DNA of 64,000 bases from Lama glama (taxonomy: Eukaryota), in contig CM052817.1 in NCBI GenBank assembly GCA_028534125.1, forward strand, positions 56,484,001 through 56,548,000, given 5' to 3'. The notes under the pieces were generated by a model that was not told the origin of the DNA, searched no databases, and saw only the letters and a list, made by a program, of their open reading frames with translations. Positions 60,652-64,000 of the stretch are shown here, one piece after another (the first letter of the stretch is position 1; each line of letters starts with the position of its first letter). Both the position numbers and the translations under genes were made by a program.

Positions 60652-63600
60652 CTTTCAGCCAAGATGGAACAACAGAGCAGAGCAGAGCTTCTTCTCCTTC
60701 CTGAGACAATCTAGAACTGGGGAAATATATAAAGCAATAGTTTGTGAGACACTGTACACCAGACAACAAAGGGCAGTGACCACTGAGACCAGGAAACAAA
60801 CAAGGGGATCCCTGTGATTGTTCCAGATTACTTCCTTGAAAGAGTGTCCAGCCAAGGTACAGGCAGAGAGAAGATTCCAGGTAAAGCCCAGTAGATTCCC
60901 CATGCTGAAGTAAAAGAGATGGAAAGCTGGGGAGACCAAGGCAACCAGACTTTTCAGGACAGAGTACTGGAAAGAGGAAACTTGCACAGAGAGAAAATTC
61001 CAGAAATCTGCACAGAAGTACTCGAGTATTTCTCTGAGTACCAATCATTGCTGGGGTTGGGAGAAGAACCACCTGGAAGGGTCAGTGTTAAGCATGTTCA
61101 GTGTTCACATAAGGCCAGGGATAGTGCCTGTTCTTACCAGCCAAAATGATTAACCTAACCTCATGGTTCATGAGACATTGAACTGAGTACAGAAAATAGC
61201 CTTTTACTAGTATTACAGAATAAATACCCTATACTAGGCACTGCTCTGGCCCCACCTAATAAATGTTAATAGAAGACCTGAATAGCTCAAACTACTTCCA
61301 AGTAGCTTCACTCTGTCCTAGGAATATGCTTAAGAAAACAAAATACAAAAGCATTTAATACCTCAAAATTTAAAATCCACAATGGCTTGAACCCAATAAA
61401 TTACAAATACTAGGAATAAGAGAAATGATTTTAATACATATTCTCTGGATACTGAAAAGCTAATATAGCAATGTTATGAACAAATTTACAACAAAAAACC
61501 TGACAACATAGATGAGATGTATCAATTCATTGAGACATGAACTACCGAGGTTTGCTCAAGAAAGACAGATAACCCAACTAGTCTTTCATCTGTTGAAAAC
61601 ACTGAATGTGTAGATAAAAACTGTCCAATAGAGAAAACTCCAGGCCAGATAGTTTCACTAGTGAATTCTGTCAAGCAAGAATTTAGAGAAAAACACAATA
61701 CCAATACTACACAATCTATTCCAGAAAATCTAAAGCAAAGAATACTTCTAAATTCATTCCATAAAGCCAGAATTACTGATACCGAATTAGAGATAAAATA
61801 AGAGAAAACTACAGATCAATCTCTTACGAACATAGATGCAAGAACACAAACAAAAACATCATGACTGATTGGGATTTATCCTAGAAATGAAAGATTAACC
61901 TTGAAAATCAATTCACATATTTTGCCACAATATAAAACTAAAAAAAGTAAAAAGCTAAAGATTTATCAATAGACATGGGAAAAAATTTTAATAAATTCTA
62001 ACATCCCTTCTTGATTAAAGAAAATCTTAGTAAACTAGAAAGGAGATTAATTTACCCTAGACTTATTTCTCCTAGAAAGGAAGAATATTGAATGCTTTCT
62101 TCTAGCAGTCAGGAACAAGAAAAAGATATCTTCTATCAACACTTCTATTCAACATTTTATAGGAAGTTTTAAACAGTATACTAAGGCAATATAAGTGATA
62201 AAGTAAATAATAATAACAAAAGGCATCCAGATAGAAAATGAAGTAAAAATGTCTTTATTCACAGACAGCATGATTTTATATGCAGAAAATCCAAAGAAAA
62301 CTTTTAAAAAGGGCTACTGGAACTGATAAGTGAATTTATCAAAGTTGTAGCTTTTATATACTAGCAATGAGCAACTGGAAATTCAAATTTAAACTACTAT
62401 ACCAGTTACAATAGCATGAAAATATCACATATTAATGGATAAATATGACATAATATGCCAAAATGCTCAACACTGAAAGCTAAAAAAAAAATTGCTAAGA
62501 TAATTTAAAGGACACCTAAAGAAATAGGAAGATACACTTGGTTTGTAATGGAAAGACTCAATATCTTTATGACGCCAATTATCCCTAAATCTATCTTTAG
62601 ATTCATAATCAAAATCCTATCAAGGTTTTGAAGAAATTGACAAAGTAATTTTAAAAATTTATATGAAAATGCAAAGATTTAGAACAGCCAAAACAATTTT
62701 GAAAAGAACAAAGTTGGAACAAAGTTGGAAAAGAGAAAAGAACAAAATGAATACTACCTGACTTTAATATTTATAATAAAGCAAAAGTAATCAAGGCAAT
62801 GTAGAATTATTGTAAGAATGGGCAAATCAGTTATGTGAATAGAAGAGGAGTTCGGGAATAGACCACACATATATGGATAACTGGTTTTCAACAAAGCTAC
62901 AAAGGTAATGTGGTGGAGAAAAGATAGTGTTGTCACCAAATGATTTTGGAACAACTGGATATCCATATGCAAAAATAAATCTTTATACACAAAGGACATT
63001 AAAATCCATTCAAATGAACCTGTCTTAAATATAAAATATAAAACTACAAAAAATTTAAAAGAAAACTTAGGAGAAAAATTTTATTACCTGGGTTAGCAAA
63101 GGAGTTTTTAGGTATAACTCAAGAGACACAACTCATAAAAGAACAAACCGATAGAGTGGACTTCATTAAAATCTAAAAACTTCTGTTAAAAAGATACTGT
63201 TAGATAAGGGAAAGAAAAGTCACAGATTAGGATATTATATATTAATACAATATTAAAGACTTGTATCTAGAATTTATAAAGAATTCTCAAAACTCAATAA
63301 TAGCATATCAAACCACCCAAAATAAAAATAACAGATTTGAACAGACACTTTACCAATGAAGATATATGGATGGCAAGTAAGAAAGCTCATGAAGAGATGC
63401 TTATTATCATTAGTCATTAAGGAAATGCAAATTAATAAGGGAATACTACTAAACATCTGTCTTGCAATGGCTAAAATTAAAAAGTCCATTCATACCAATT
63501 GTTGGCAAGGATATAGGGCAACTGAAACTTTCATACCCTCCTGGTAGGAGTATAAAATGATACAACCACTTTAGAAAACAGTTTGGCAATATATTTAAAA

Positions 63601-64000
63601 GTTAAACAGACACATATCATATGATTCCCTCCTTATACTGCTAGGTATTTAGCAATAGAAAGGCAAGTAGAGGGCCTAGCAAATACTTTTAAACAAGTGT
63701 TCATAACAGTTTTATTTGTGATATTCACAAACTGGAAAGAATCCAGATGTCTATTAACAGATGAACAGATCAATTTTGGTACATCCTACAACAGAATACT
63801 TCTCAGCAATTAAAAAAGGATGAACTCTTCATACACACTAAAACATGGGTGAATCTCAAAATGATTATGCTGAGTAAAAAAGGCAGACTAAAGAAGTGCT
63901 ATGATTCTACTTATATAAAATTTACAGAAAATTCAAAAATGTGCAAATTAACATATAATAACAGAAAGGAGATTAGAGATTGCTTCTGGACAAAGGTCTC
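60652..64000 (+). mobile_element. Old L1 (L1MC/L1MD-type): 5'UTR joined directly to ORF2 post-endonuclease region, runs off window end
   Basis: 5' start CAGCCAAGATGG; 5'UTR to about 61400; then decayed ORF2 (TTATGAACAAATT...AAAACTCCAGGCC...CTTCTATTCAACATT...TTCACAGACAGCATGATT) and 3'UTR (ACATGGGTGAATCTCAAAATGATTATGCTGAG). Confidence 0.88.

Noticed and set aside
60488..61072. 194-aa minus-strand ORF as an ORF0-like L1 antisense protein
   Set aside because: Lies antisense in a decayed old L1 5'UTR and runs into flanking DNA; no recognisable homology.
1..64000. CRISPR arrays, operons, tRNA/rRNA genes, tRNA-derived lineage SINEs, CpG-island promoter
   Set aside because: Mammalian repeat landscape; no repeat-spacer array, no recognisable RNA gene, no Bov-tA/PRE/Alu/B1/Can-SINE and no CpG island seen.

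Overview
AT-rich, repeat-dense mammalian genomic DNA with a 500-N scaffold gap at 90-589. The L1 3' tails are of Cetartiodactyla type and two resemble camelid L1; I saw no ruminant, pig or primate SINEs, so a camelid (camel/alpaca/llama) is my inference. I recognise no intact protein-coding gene, tRNA, rRNA or CRISPR array. The window looks intergenic or deep-intronic. It holds L1 copies of several ages, a HAL1, many L2/MIR relics, MaLR/ERVL LTRs (MLT1, MLT2, LTR16, LTR33) and DNA transposons (MER58A, MER63A, MER5, a Tigger with a readable HTH remnant, a probable MULE with long TIRs). It also holds a GC-rich processed pseudogene of unidentified parent (about 3009-3794) and several repeat-free blocks that may be regulatory. 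I find no convincing new biological system. The best leads are unusual retrotransposition products (solo L1 5' end plus an exact 29-bp copy, polyadenylated MLT1 LTR, retroposed 3'UTR, twin-primed L1), the MULE-like element, and a tight pair of minus-strand exon-like segments at 33683-34046. Repeat family names come from recalled consensus sequences, not a database search, and old-repeat boundaries are approximate.
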